DNA of 60,202 bases, filler included, from Asterionella formosa (GCA_002256025.1; 4 parts of 4 records of this genome joined end to end with filler, not necessarily neighbours in it); one strand, 5' to 3'. Counted from the first letter of the whole stretch, positions 1 to 12,205 are shown. The notes: a model not told the origin generated them from the sequence alone. A program made the numbers and translations.

Positions 1-594
1 CTTCCCTTTGTGCTCACCATCATGATGCCAGACATCCCTCTACAGGAATTCAATGAGCAGATGATGACTGACATGGGTACATTCTGGGCATACATTTTTG
101 ACAGTTTGGCCTCTTTTTGCTGGTGTCTTGAACACAAACCAGGATGGCTTACAGCATATGCCCAGAGCAACAAGGTGATTCTTCCCGAGATGGAGGCAGC
201 AAGCATAGGTACAAGGGAAGAAAAAAATCGTGTTAGAAACTGATTTGTTGAATTGATTCAGCATGCTGCAGAGGAAACCATGATCATGATACTCTCTGCA
301 ATCACTCCAGCAGGGTATATGGTGTATCTTCAGAGCCTTTGCCATTCTTGGACAGAAGATCAGCTGTCCAAGAGCTGCTATGGGAATAATCAATCATATC
401 TATTCAACTTATTCAGGCTACATATTGACACAGGCTTCACAGTTGATTTTGAGAAGGAACTTAGCAACCTGTTGCATGGGTTTTATCGGATTATTGCAGT
501 AGAGAATCATTTTGGGTTAGGAGAGATTTGTGAGGGTAAGGACCCCATGAACAATCAACTATATCGCATCCTTTGTACTTGGTTCATTGAGTTA

Positions 595-828
595 AAAGTT
601 AATTAAATTTTTATAGTATGTTAAAGCTATCCAATAATCGCACTTGTGCCCACTTGAATGGAAACAATTAGTACCAGTTTTATTCATCCATATGGTACAA
701 CAGTACCTGTCACTTTGTCAGCCTCACCCCCCGAACCCTAGGGACAACATAAAAGAAACACAGGTGGAGAATGCAGGAATCGAACCCGCTACCTCATGAG
801 GTGTGCTAACCAATCTAAGCCATTCCCC
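595..828 (-). mobile_element. tRNA-Ala-derived SINE, 234 bp, with 19-bp target-site duplication
   Basis: Flanked by TACTTGGTTCATTGAGTTA (576-594) and TACTTGGATCATTGAGTTA (829-847), 18/19 identical. tRNA-like head at 828-765 and an AT-rich tail. The tail recurs at 45067-45108 (38/42 identical). Confidence 0.85.
765..828 (-). pseudogene. tRNA-Ala-like head of the SINE (anticodon arm truncated; not a functional tRNA)
   Basis: Minus strand reads GGGGAATGGCTTAGATTGGTTAGCACACCTCATGAGGTAGCGGGTTCGATTCCTGCATTCTCCA. Acceptor stem GGGGAAT/ATTCTCC has the G3:U70 pair, A box TGGCTTAGATTGG, B box GGTTCGATTCC, intact T arm. Only 64 nt long. Confidence 0.8.
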
Positions 829-956
829 TACTTGGATCATTGAGTTAGGAACTGGTGATGGCATTTGGGGTCACCTATTCCTGGTCTTTACTTGGAAATT
901 GATTTTCAGGGTCAATAACACAAGCCAAATCTGCTTGTCACATACGGAATGGACTG

Positions 957-1024
957 ACGATGCTCTGCGTAAATACTTTGCAAACACCAAACGATGCTCT
1001 GCATAAATACTTTGCAAACACCAA
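957..1024 (+). repeat. 34-bp tandem duplication that frameshifts the Crypton ORF
   Basis: ACGATGCTCTGC(G/A)TAAATACTTTGCAAACACCAA at 957-990 and 991-1024. Confidence 0.95.
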
Positions 1025-4000
1025 GACAGATCAGAAAGAGACTCAATCAAAATATCCCAGACATATTTATGCGAATCCAATTGAGTGGGTAGTATATCCT
1101 ACATTTTATCTTGGTGTATACTTGGGAATATTTAATAATGTTGCTAAAGGAAATAGTTACTTATTCCCTGATCACAATCAATTTAAGAGAAGCCAAGAAG
1201 GGACAGCTATTTGAATAAGGTATTGAATCAAACAACATCAGCATGCACAGTATAAGGACAAAGGGTGCTGCTACTTATATAAGTGCCTGCCCAGGGGGAA
1301 CTTCATCAGGTTCTATCAGTGTAAATGATGGTAAATAGTGGGTGGTCAATGGGCAGAGTCAAGGACACCATTGATGTCCAGTGGTATGAACATTTGCGGG
1401 AAGGTCCCTATGTGGTGGTCTACCCATGTTAATTGCATGATTCTATTCCTCTCCCCAAATATTTTTAATCTGAAACTTATGGTAATGAAACCAAAGCATG
1501 ATCATATGATGATTCCGCAACTCAATGATTCATCATTTTATGATAATGTCAAGTGGGTTCTTCAGCTTTTTGATCCCATGTGTGCCTGCTATGTTTGGAT
1601 AACAAAAGGGATGCAAAGTTTCCTAACCAAACTAGCTATCTCACGGGTGCAAACATGGAACAATGGGGTATCTCAACTGTTCAGTACAGATTCTCTTATT
1701 AAATTCAAGGCAAGCATTGTTGTTGATGTCGCAGAAGCTTCTCGAATACCCAGGCATGAAGACTGCGTACACCTGGAACCAAACTGCTGGTATATTATGT
1801 TGGAAACCTTCTTTAGTTAAACGGTTTTAAGTTAAGCCCATACTACTAGGTTGTGTTGATTGTAAAATGTATTTCTAACAGGGGACATGCCAAACAGCAA
1901 GAAACAATGGATTGATTACAATCAGAATGACAAATCCTTCCAAGGTTGTCCAATGCAATCTACAATTATTGAACAAGATGCAAGATTAATTGACCACTTT
2001 CTAAACAGTTACAGCCTTGTCAAGAAATCACCTAGGATGCCAACCTGGTGATACATGCAACCATTGTTAGTGCTTCAAATGTTTGTTGATGAAAAGGGCA
2101 ATTGCAGTCTTGCCTTTTCTTAGCTGAATTAATATTGCTTTCATGATGCCAATCAACTGAAGCAAAATGAGAGATCGATTGCTGCATTTCAACTTTCAAT
2201 TTATTCATCTCTTGGCGATTCTTGGTATCATTCCAGACTTCAGCTTTCTTCAAGAGCAGAGGGAATGGTGCACAGTGTCCCCGATGTGACAATCAAACAG
2301 ATTAGTAACTTTCCAACGGTATGTAATGATCAACCGACCCGATATTGTTGCACAACTTCTTCTACCAGAATCTCACTCAGTTGTCATTTTCATTACTCTT
2401 CTTTCTTGTGGAAGCAGCGATAACGAAAAAAACTGGTATATTGAAAGTCCAAGAAACATCCTGCAAGGTGGACATCGCCAATCAGACAAGGAACCAATTG
2501 GCGGAGATTTCAAGAAACATTACAATCAACTGAGCAGCAAGGAAAGAGGAAGCAAAAACCGGGTAATAAGGATGGATTAACATAAAGTACTGTACATAGT
2601 CAGTAGTTGTGAGGCTCCACTAAAACTTCGGTGAAACGCGAAAAAGAACTTTGACCTATAAGAAAAACAGACTAAAACAACCCGGAAAATACAAACGTTT
2701 GAATACGGCGAAGGTTGTATATGGAGGTGGACCCCTGTTGCTACAATTTTTAGCTAAGTAGAAAGGCGAAAAGAATAAGGACTAGTCTAGTACAAAAACA
2801 GAGCTGCAAGGAATCCACTGGTAGTCAAGCTACACAGGTTTCTGGGTTTCCTTTGGGGAATCTTTGGGTAAAAGATGTTTTCCCTGTGGCGAAAGCTCAA
2901 TCGAATGCCGCCAGCCATGAGTCTTCCGGAAAACAACATAAAGCATTATCTACAACAAAAGGCAGTGGAGCAATAATTGGAAAAAATGAGAAAGTTCGTT
3001 CATATCAATGAACCTAGCTAACTATGATCATCGACCTAGCGATGGATTTAGAGAATGAAGTGTCCGCTGCCAAACTGACGGGTGCAGACGAAACTCCAAA
3101 AAAGCTAACAAGCAAAGAAACTTTCTATCTGCAAAACAACAAGTTTCAGCGTTTGCTTCCCTTCTAACAAAGGAAGGAAATCAGGCAAAACGGCAAATAT
3201 TATAACTGAAGATAGCGGTTCTACTCAGTCACTGACATAGATGAAAATGGCAATAACTCCTCAATGGGAGAACCCCAGTTCAAGTGCTCTTTTATTTGAT
3301 TTGATTATGCTAGGGCAGGAGATGACACATCTACACTCTTAAACTCATCAACACCATATATGCAAAAATGATCGACGCCATTTGTTTTTTCTTTGTTCCT
3401 GGTGTACAGAAAAAAACAACGGCAATAAGAAATAATTAAAATGGGGCAAGAAGCAAAGGTGGAATTGAGAGAGCTGAGAGAAGAAAATTGTGATGATGAC
3501 TCCACAATAAAGAACAAGCATGACAAATTGATCCAAATACTTCCATCTGGACCGATCTCACCTCATCCATCCCATTTGGGATGCTCCCAAGGCTTTTGTT
3601 TCTCCTGAGAATGTCAAAACTGATTTGATCCTGTCGTCAAGCCAGTGCCAGTTTCTCGTACGTATCGGGACACTTGTTCCAAAACGTGAGCGCCAGTTCT
3701 TGCTGTACTCCATTCGCTTTTGCAATGTAAGGAAAAACATTTTCCAAAGAAGACTTTGGTATTTTTCTTCTCCTTTTCATAAAACCGATGATACACAAGA
3801 AACTCGGTTGGTTTTGGTCGAGGCGTTGCATGGTAGTACAGTGGCATCATGACCCAGCCAAGATGAAGAAAGAACATAGTACTCACATAAAGAAAGATAC
3901 AAAGATTATTAATATGGCATACATAGATATACACTATATACTGGGTAAGTATCATACTACATATACCATCATATCATGTCCTTCAAGATGATGTACGCAA

Positions 4001-4534
4001 TTGTTCACAAAAAACTACCAGTATCTTGGTAGCAGTTGGTAGTTGTGAACATGCTATTTGGAGATGATGCCGTGATTGTCTTGAAACGTTCCTTCTTGTA
4101 GCAAAGAATGCAACAATGTGCACCATGATAATACAAACACCAAAATAACGTCCACAAACAGCTAAAAATACGTATCATTTTGCATCAAATTGTATTCAAC
4201 AACTTTACTATATGATAATCTATGCTGCATTGCTCTAAGCATATGATTTTCATGTAATCAAATTTACGATTAAATGTACTCAAAAGTACTTTCTAGAGGG
4301 CAAGCAAAAGTGGTGCAAGGTTACGATTTAGATTTTATATCCATTTGACCAATCGATTGTAGTAGTGTCTTCATGTTGGAATGATTCTGATTTTTAAGCC
4401 AACAAAAAAGGAATTCATTTGAAATTGGCAATATTAGTGTGATGCTGCCGAGTTGACAGTTATTGTGTCAGTGCCAAAGGATGTAATACTCATTAATTAA
4501 CAGCTGTATCACTGGATCTGGCATACATATGTGA

Positions 4535-5850
4535 TGACGCTTAGTAATGGATATACTACCGGTACTAGTAGTCATCTACTAGCCTACATACATACGTGGT
4601 ACTCGAAACAACCATGCATGGTTTAACTAAACTTTAACGCTTGCTTTGAACACATTATAATATTATCGCTGTAGACTCAGTATTATTTTTACGAGACCAG
4701 AATGTTAAATTATATTGTTCATATATTGATTGATTTTACGTATGCCTGATTTCGTCCTCACAATTATAGTTCTCACCCTATCCTGCCTGCCGTTGCTCTA
4801 TTCGGGCTCGTAACTGGCAACATTCGTCTTTCTTTGATCCCATTGTCTGCTTCTTGTTATGCTAGTGGAAGCGGATCGGTGAGTACAACAGTGAAACACT
4901 GAATGTGGATTGTAGATCCTCCTATTTATCGAATTTCCGATTTGATTGCTTCCATGGTCTGTTTTGATCGCTTCTGTCGTTGTTTCTCGTTCCACACTGT
5001 AGTTTTGATTCGATTGTATCTATCTGCATAAGAACCAATGCATTTATAAATGACTACTCTTTGAAGATGTGGCATTGTGCCATTGTCAATCGTATTTGTT
5101 GATTTGTACAGTCGTTGACAATGATGTCAATATTGCCGCCAAGCAATGCTTTTCTTGTACCAACGCGCTTTGCTACATTTCTAATACGAGTTCGTATCAC
5201 AAGCTACATACATTCAGATAGAGGGAGTCGATAGTGCTGGAGCAGCCTGGCGATCATACTCAATCAGAATGGATTGGAACGGAATGACGATCAGGGTTTT
5301 TTGGTGAGAGGAATGACTGAGGGCGGAAGGACCACTGCAACTTGTGTACAGCGATGTGCATGGTTGCAGCAACCAGATCATCTATGCTACATTACCATGC
5401 AGGTCTTAATTGAGTTACGCTTTTTTCTTCTTACGTTGGTCTTTGATTGTGGGGTGATGGAAAGTCAATTGCCTGTGAAAGTACTACAATGTCACAACGC
5501 ATACGTCTCCATTGAAACTCCTATTTCTTTTACTTCATTTCTCACCCAAAACATTTTTTCGCTACTTATTACATCGCATTTCATACTTTGGTTGCTCCAA
5601 ACATCATGTTCAATTTTCATTGATGTTGCATGTTACAATCATTCTTGTGTATTTTACGCTTGATGTACCATTTTTATGTATTTTATTGTTTTTCTGGCTG
5701 TCATCATGCTAAAATCAGCAATTTTGTTGCCGAAAAATTGGATGTGCCCCAAATTGCCCCTAAATAAAAAATTCTTCACAAATTACTTAGAGCCTAAAAA
5801 TTACTTAAAAGTGCCCAAATGGTAAGACAATAGCTGGAACAGGAATTGCT
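4535..5850 (+). mobile_element. Non-autonomous TIR element, GGCAATTC-ended family, copy A (5'-truncated, right terminus present)
   Basis: Colinear with about 46860-48159, 41644-42720 and 53899-55059. Ends ...ATAGCTGGAACAGGAATTGCT. Confidence 0.85.
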
Positions 5851-6949
5851 TGTTTACACCACAACAAAGCAACGCTTCCCATTCTGGATTGACTTACCAA
5901 TTATTGATGTATTTTTTAACATTTCTGAAAAATAATGTCATTCGAATATCGCATAAGTACAAATCAATAAATCGTTCCACCAATGTCATGTATACTAACT
6001 TACAACAAAACTGTTTGATTACAATTATCCTGAAAGATAAATAATACATATATGTCAGCTATGCTGTAACAGTTGAGCATTGATCCAAGGAGAACACCTA
6101 CCAATTTTATATTGTCAACATTCGTGGTTTCTCACTGAATTCAAAATGAGCTGAAGAATCGCTAGAGAACAAAGATATCATTTAGTCTTTGTGAACCTAA
6201 CAATTGATCATCTTGGCATGTGCCCTTGGCGTAAAATAGATAGATTCCATGTGTGTGGGAGCCCAGGAAGTTGGATTTTCTCAAGATTTATCCTTGATAG
6301 TAGGTCTGTAAAGGATATCTTGACTTTGTTGTAATTGATTTTACCTTTCGTGCGGCCAAATATCCTCTATCATGGCAATCATTTTCCTCGCTAATCGTGT
6401 CCATGAAGTGACATACATTCGCAATATTACCAATTGGGAATATAGTCAGAATGATCATCAATCTGATGCAATCAAAGATGGGGACTGTTTCAAGAATGTG
6501 CGCAGAAAGCACAAGAAGAGTTGAGCCAGCCAAAATATCACTTAATACCAATTAAGGCACGATAACACTTGCTTGATGTTGATAAATGGAACAAGGTGAA
6601 GAAAAAATTGTGTGATCCAATTGGATGTTGATGATTAAAGTGCCTCCAGCCCTCCTTAGTGGTTCCATGTCATCCACAAAAACTAATGATTTGTTGAAGG
6701 AGATGAGGAGATTTAGATGTTGATGCTGCCTTGTATGATTGATTATTAAGGAGGATCACTGTAGCTTAAACCATCAATTAGACAAAGGATGGAAGACAGC
6801 TCTTCAATCCTACTAGAATAACAATATGCAGTGTAGCTATTCATAGTGTGAAAATTTAAAAAATTTATAGTAACCATCATTTATCAATTAAACCAGTAAA
6901 AACTTACTGCTCTTGGACATCATTTTTCGTCATTAAAGATACTATTATT

Positions 6950-7195
6950 CATGTATAAGCACTCTAGCTCTATTCACAATTCCATTAGCTAAAATATGGG
7001 GCGTGATATTTGACTTAGTAAGATTTGGTGAAAAAAACAAGAATAATCTGCATACATTGTTAAAAGCTTTGTCAACCAAATGACATGGTTTAACATCATA
7101 TCTCCAATTTGCTTTCGGTTAATTGGTTGGAAATGCTTTTATCTGGGGTTTCTGGAATATACATGTGCCATCAACAGCTAGAATCATATTATGGT
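6950..7195 (-). pseudogene. Possible heavily deleted DDE_Tnp_4 (Harbinger/ISL2EU-like) transposase remnant
   Basis: Minus-strand fragments MILAVDGTCIFQKP, LVDKAF and IVNRARVLIHE resemble the three catalytic-motif neighbourhoods, but the spacing is collapsed. Confidence 0.3.
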
Positions 7196-7602
7196 TTCAT
7201 AATAATATGAGTTTTCTGAATGAAATATGCTGATATCATATATCAAGACATTCAAACCAATAGCGACAAATATACAATTGCACATACACAGACCAATGGA
7301 ACCCATAACATGGGTGGATGGTGATGTGTGTCATAGATGAATGAATGGAGGAATACATATAGGGGTAGAACCACAACAATACATATTTAAGGCAGGTCGT
7401 AATAGAGATACAAATAATTATTTTTATTATTAAATTGTATCTTCAGAAAAAAATGAATCTCTATCTCAGTAACGGCAAAATAGTTGGCCTATTTCTCGTG
7501 TCTTCGCAAACATGTGCATCAGACTCTCAAAACAGCAAAAATATTAGCAATGTGCGCTTCAATTATACAACCTGTCAGATCATCATCAATACAGACAAGA
7601 TA

Positions 7603-8874
7603 ATGACAAATCGACTGGAAGAACCTAACTGGTGTTGGGCTGTCATTGACAATCTTGATTTAGAACAGGAAATAGAAGCAGAACAATATAGTTTTCTATT
7701 TCTTGGAGCACTTGCATTATCCTTTTTGGAGTCATACTATCCACGAAACTTAAAGCCAGTGCAATCAGCAAAATGGGAGCATCAACGACTTGACTGGCAT
7801 GATCATGTAACAAAGCTTTTTCATGAGAACAGGCTTCATCGTGAATATCGCATGTCCCTTCAAGCTTTCAATCACCTACTGGAATACTTCGACCTTCCAT
7901 CACAGTTAGCTAGTGCTGTCAAATACAATGCAAGTTCTGGTTTATACAGCACAAATCAGCATATTTCTCCTGATTTGATCCTTGCCATTGGACTTCGCTG
8001 AATTGCAGGGGGAAACCTCAAAGAAATTCGTCATGTCTATGGAGTTTCTTATTCATCTGTTTATGCCATCACACAAACATTCCTTGATGCGGTGAACTCC
8101 TGCACAGCATTATCAATAAAATTCCCTACAACAAACAAGGAGAAACAAACAGCGATGAATGGATTTCTTGAAAAAAGCGAGCAGCAACCATTTCGTTGAC
8201 GCGTCATTGCAATTCATGGGTATTTACAGCCTATCGACAAACCTTCCCTCAAGCATATTTGTCTAGGCATTATATGTCATATGGATTGAATGTTCAAGAT
8301 GTTTGCAACAGTAATTGTTTTTTCTCCCCTTCTTTGGTGTCGGGGCACCAGGAAAATGTCCAGATCAGCAGGCATTTGAAGAGCAAATCTTTTTTAGATT
8401 TTATCCAACCTTCGTCCAGGACAATACATAGTAGCAGGTGATGCTGCTTACACATTGACTGATCAAGTGCTCTGTCTATTTGTTGGAAGTCAAAGGGAAT
8501 CAACAAACAAAGATGCATACAACTCCGCATTAGAATTGAGATGTCGTCTTGTCCTTCAGGATGAAGAAATCAGTTGCAATTATTTCTGCTTGTGCCCGCT
8601 TAGACAATTTTTGCCTATTCATGGATGATGATAAAAGAAAGAACTTGCTAATGGAATGGAATTTCTGAATAGTTTTGAGCTTGTTGATCCAATACCCAAT
8701 GCTCCTCTTGGGTGGTCTTATCTTCCAACTGTCAGGAAGTTGGATGTAGTACAAGATACTTCACAGATTTGGCAAATTATTCTTGATGTTGTCACCAACA
8801 ATGGGTTCAAGCGGCCTCCAGCTAATGTGTTGCGCCAATGACGTGAACTGTCTGAAATAGGATTAATGTACTAG
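7603..8874 (+). pseudogene. Harbinger DDE nuclease (HARBI1/DDE_Tnp_4-like) pseudogene
   Basis: REYRMSLQAFNHLL, LAIGLR*IAGG, YGLNVQDVCNS and GDAAY (about 8437-8451). Premature stop at 7999-8001 and several frameshifts. Confidence 0.85.
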
Positions 8875-8940
8875 CATACAGACAAAAATAGCTGGAAGAA
8901 ATTTGATTAAAAGTTAATAACAACTAAAAGTAGAAATATA

Positions 8941-10108
8941 CTAATTATGATTAGGATCATCCTCAGCTATGGCTGTCTGGATGAGAGCTACAGAATTCTT
9001 TGTCAGCACATCCATGGCTTCAAAAAACTCAACAATACTGACATTCTCTTGATACTCTTTACTATCACATTTTTGTGATACTTCATTTCTTGCTAATTCA
9101 GCCCGAGCTTCTATTAACTTTGTGCAGGACATACTAACAACATCCATTAGATCCTTCTCTCGCTCGTTTTACAACAAAACTTGCTCGTGCAAATTTTGCA
9201 TTGGAACTTTGAAAGGCAAGTGTCATTTGTTTACGGTGTTTATTTGCTTTTGAAAATTCTTTAAGAGATTCAACCACTTGTTTGGACGTTTTTTTTAAAC
9301 TCATTAGTGCCATATTTTCTTCCTTTTTTCGTTGAAGAGGTAGCTTGGCAACTTCATCCTCTGCAGGAATGTGAATAAGACTGTCCATGCATAGCAGCAC
9401 CATCACTTAAATTTGGTACTGCATTGGCATGGAAATGTGGTACCTGTTGAAGCCATAAATGATAGTACAAGAATAAGGCCGCTTTTGAGTGATATTGTCA
9501 AAACTATCATGTTGACCGAAAACTTTGTTATTATTGAACAGATCTTGTCATGCACATTTCGAAATTCCATAACTTTTGAAAATTGTTTGCTATCCAACAT
9601 ATCAAAAGTGAGGGGATAGTTATCATGTGAATTCCATGGTATTCAAACTGGGTGTGTTTGAATGCCATGGATCCAACTGTATCATTGTATATGTCCATGT
9701 AGGCATCCAATAACTTGTCCCAAACTGCTTTATGGGGATATTTCCTTGCATCCAATTCACACATAGTTGGTGTATTCCCAAGATCCAAAATATCTTGACG
9801 ATGTTTCTCATCAAAGAATATATTAATTACTTGATAGTATGTGCCATGCTTATTAATATCTTTGGGAGCTATGGCAGCATTTCTTTTCCTCTGAATCTTG
9901 GGAGGTAGTCCCTGTTTCTTAATAATCTGGTGGGATCTTTCTGAATCGTCATCCAATAAAATATCAGCAGGAACTGGAGATGTAAATACAGACAATTGGG
10001 AAGGAGATAATTCGGAATCTGTACTTGAGTCATTGGCAATATTTTCTCTGGTAGTATAAAGTTGCTTTGATAGTAGTAGGCGAGGAGACTTCCTTGTTCA
10101 TGATTCAA
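8941..10108 (-). pseudogene. Harbinger second (accessory DNA-binding) gene, fragmented
   Basis: Chain of minus-strand ORF pieces (9869-10108, 9531-9995, 9403-9600, 9134-9406, 8941-9147) inside the TIRs, convergent with the nuclease as is usual for PIF/Harbinger. A Myb/SANT domain was not directly recognised. Confidence 0.6.
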
Positions 10109-10658
10109 GAGTAGAGGGCGGAGTGCTGTTTCTTTTCAGATACTTCTTTGGTACTTTTGACGACTTTTTTTGCACCACATCATGTCTCAAAGATCAAGAG
10201 TCCTTAACCAATTCTGAATGAGTGTAATTGTTATCATCTTTGTTTTGTTTCTGCGATTTTAAAGTGAACGCAAATACAACGAAGTCGTTGCAGCGATATC
10301 TGTTGAATGAGCATGTCTTTCATCATTGTCAAAGAGCCTTCGTTTTTGATGAAAAAATCAACAGGACTAATGCTTGCAAGCCACTGGTCATCCAGTTTCC
10401 TTGCTACAGAATATGTTTCATTGTCTAAAGAATCAAATGATGCCATGGCGAGAAGTAACAGCAGTAGCAGCAGTAGCTTAACACTGTATCTGCAGTGATA
10501 CACACAGATACACATTTTGGAGCAACAAAAAATATGTTGCTGGAAGCAACAGACCACCCGGATGTTGGAAATACAAAAAATTGGGCCAAGCAACATTTTT
10601 TAAAGTTTTGTTTCTCTGTTAAGACCTGCCCTTAAAAAATTGTCTAGATAGGGAAAAC

Positions 10659-11948
10659 TCAGTTTCCGAATAATATATTGAGCACGTAATTGCCAGCATT
10701 TTTGATTCCAATATGATCTGAATGATTCTGCATCGCAGAAATGATCACATCGATGATCCCACCTTCATCAACAATTTTCACTTGATGGCTGATGTCATTA
10801 TTATGTTTGCTGATGTGTAAGAACCTCAGAATTAGTAGACAAGCTTGCTCTTGAACATCAGCATGGTCCCAGTGTTTCTGCATCGAAGTAAGGATCATGT
10901 TCATGACATCTGCATTTACGATTTTCATATGGTTGTCAGTATTGGCAACTAAATTCTTCAGAGCCCAACAACCCTTCTCTTGAACACTAGGTTGATCAGG
11001 ATGATTCTTCATGGCAGCACTAATCATATGTATACCACCTTCTGCGGCTATTTTGGCTTGGTTTTCTAAATTGACAGACAATGAAATCAGCGCCCCGCAT
11101 CCTTTCATTTGAACACCAGCGTGAGTTGAGTGCTTCCACATGGCTGAAAGTATCACAGCTATGCCACCAGCCATGGCAATTTTTACTTTGTTCTCTTTGT
11201 TTGTAGCCAAATTACCTAATGCACGACAGCCATACTCTTGAATCCTAATGTTTTGAGGGTGATTCTGCATTGCAGAGCAAATTGTGTCTATACCACCGGC
11301 TGAGGCAATGATCACTTGGTTGTCCTTGTTAGTGGCGAAAGAGATCATCGCCCTACAAGAATGCTCTTGAATCTCTGGTCGATCGGAGCGCTCTCGCATC
11401 TCAGCAAGAACCGCGCTTATTTCTCTTGTGGCTGTGTCACTGTTCAAGTCGTTATTGTGAATATTGAAACCCAATTCATTCCATGTCGCTGAATTGTTTT
11501 GCTCCTCAAAACTAACAGTGGGAACCACAACATTAAGTGCATGTGCCATGGCAAGTGGAGGATCCGAGACTGGCAAGGACCCCTCCTCAGTGCGTATCAC
11601 TTCCACCGGCACTGCATCATTTATAGGGGCGGAATACTGTGACGGTGAGGGTAGTGATGAGTAGGATGCAATGGTGGAGGCGGAAGAGGACGCAGCAGCA
11701 AAGTCCATTCTGCTATTGCGTTGATTGAACGATTCGTTCCATTCCGCAGCACAGCGATAGCACTCCGACTTGATGACGGACCATCCTCCAAATCTTTTTT
11801 TTTGTCTCAATTGAACGTCGTTGTGTTTGTTACAAAATCCAGCTTCAGTGAACTTGACTTCTGCTCCATACTGCGTGAGAACTGGAGCTTCATGATTGTG
11901 AGGGGCAAACATTTGCAAGTTGCCGGTTATAAATCCTTGATTTGCCAT
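10659..11948 (-). CDS. Armadillo-repeat protein (429 aa) with an N-terminal Cys/His motif
   Basis: Intronless ORF with about six ARM-like repeats (IA.AGGI..I..AM..H....VQ..GC.AL.NL) and N-terminal FCNKHNDVQLRQKKRFGGWSVIKSECYRC. Confidence 0.85.
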   Translation of the reverse strand: MANQGFITGNLQMFAPHNHEAPVLTQYGAEVKFTEAGFCNKHNDVQLRQKKRFGGWSVIKSECYRCAAEWNESFNQRNSRMDFAAASSSASTIASYSSLPSPSQYSAPINDAVPVEVIRTEEGSLPVSDPPLAMAHALNVVVPTVSFEEQNNSATWNELGFNIHNNDLNSDTATREISAVLAEMRERSDRPEIQEHSCRAMISFATNKDNQVIIASAGGIDTICSAMQNHPQNIRIQEYGCRALGNLATNKENKVKIAMAGGIAVILSAMWKHSTHAGVQMKGCGALISLSVNLENQAKIAAEGGIHMISAAMKNHPDQPSVQEKGCWALKNLVANTDNHMKIVNADVMNMILTSMQKHWDHADVQEQACLLILRFLHISKHNNDISHQVKIVDEGGIIDVIISAMQNHSDHIGIKNAGNYVLNILFGN

Positions 11949-12205
11949 CGTGTGGCTAGTTTCTCGTAGTGTTGCGTCTTATTTGCTGGCAACGTTTTCT
12001 TCGATATCCTTTCGGTTGTTTTAAAATTAAAAGTATAAATTATTGTTTGATGAAATCGAAACATGACTCATGGTTGATTTTTTCCATGACTGAAACATGA
12101 TTTTCGATTGCGAGACGACCAATTCGAACCAACTGTACTACAGGTGCACGATCATACTTCTGTAAGTCGACCGAATGTCCGGAGTCCTGATCGAGCATTG
12201 CTGAA

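Larger units (their letters stand above)
1..2600 (+). pseudogene. Degraded CryptonS-type tyrosine-recombinase DNA transposon ORF (3' limit approximate)
   Basis: Fragments in shifting frames give EGKDPM..LY..LCTWF, GIWGHLFLVFTW..FRVNNT, FANTKTDQ...YPRHIYANP, HSIR(T)KGAATY (about 1246-1278) and GWSMGRVKD (about 1342-1366). These motifs are typical of stramenopile Crypton YRs. Disrupted by stops, frameshifts, a SINE insertion and a 34-bp duplication. Confidence 0.75.
7390..10631 (+). mobile_element. Full-length but decayed PIF/Harbinger DNA transposon (3242 bp)
   Basis: 25-bp TIRs AGGCAGGTCGTAATAGAGATACAAA and revcomp GGGCAGGTCTTAACAGAGAAACAAA (21/25). TTA TSD at 7387-7389 and 10632-10634. Two convergent decayed ORFs inside. 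Confidence 0.9.

Noticed and set aside
765..828. Functional tRNA-Ala gene
   Set aside because: Only 64 nt with no proper anticodon arm. It is the head of a TSD-flanked insertion.
5274..5712. Short ORFs recurring in repeat copies (also 42108, 47402-48076, 54374-54785 and 15843-16790) as a gene family
   Set aside because: Frames and stops are not conserved between copies. They are chance ORFs in repeats.
6288..6551. DRGY motif as a transposase catalytic box
   Set aside because: A four-residue match in degraded DNA is not enough to support a call.
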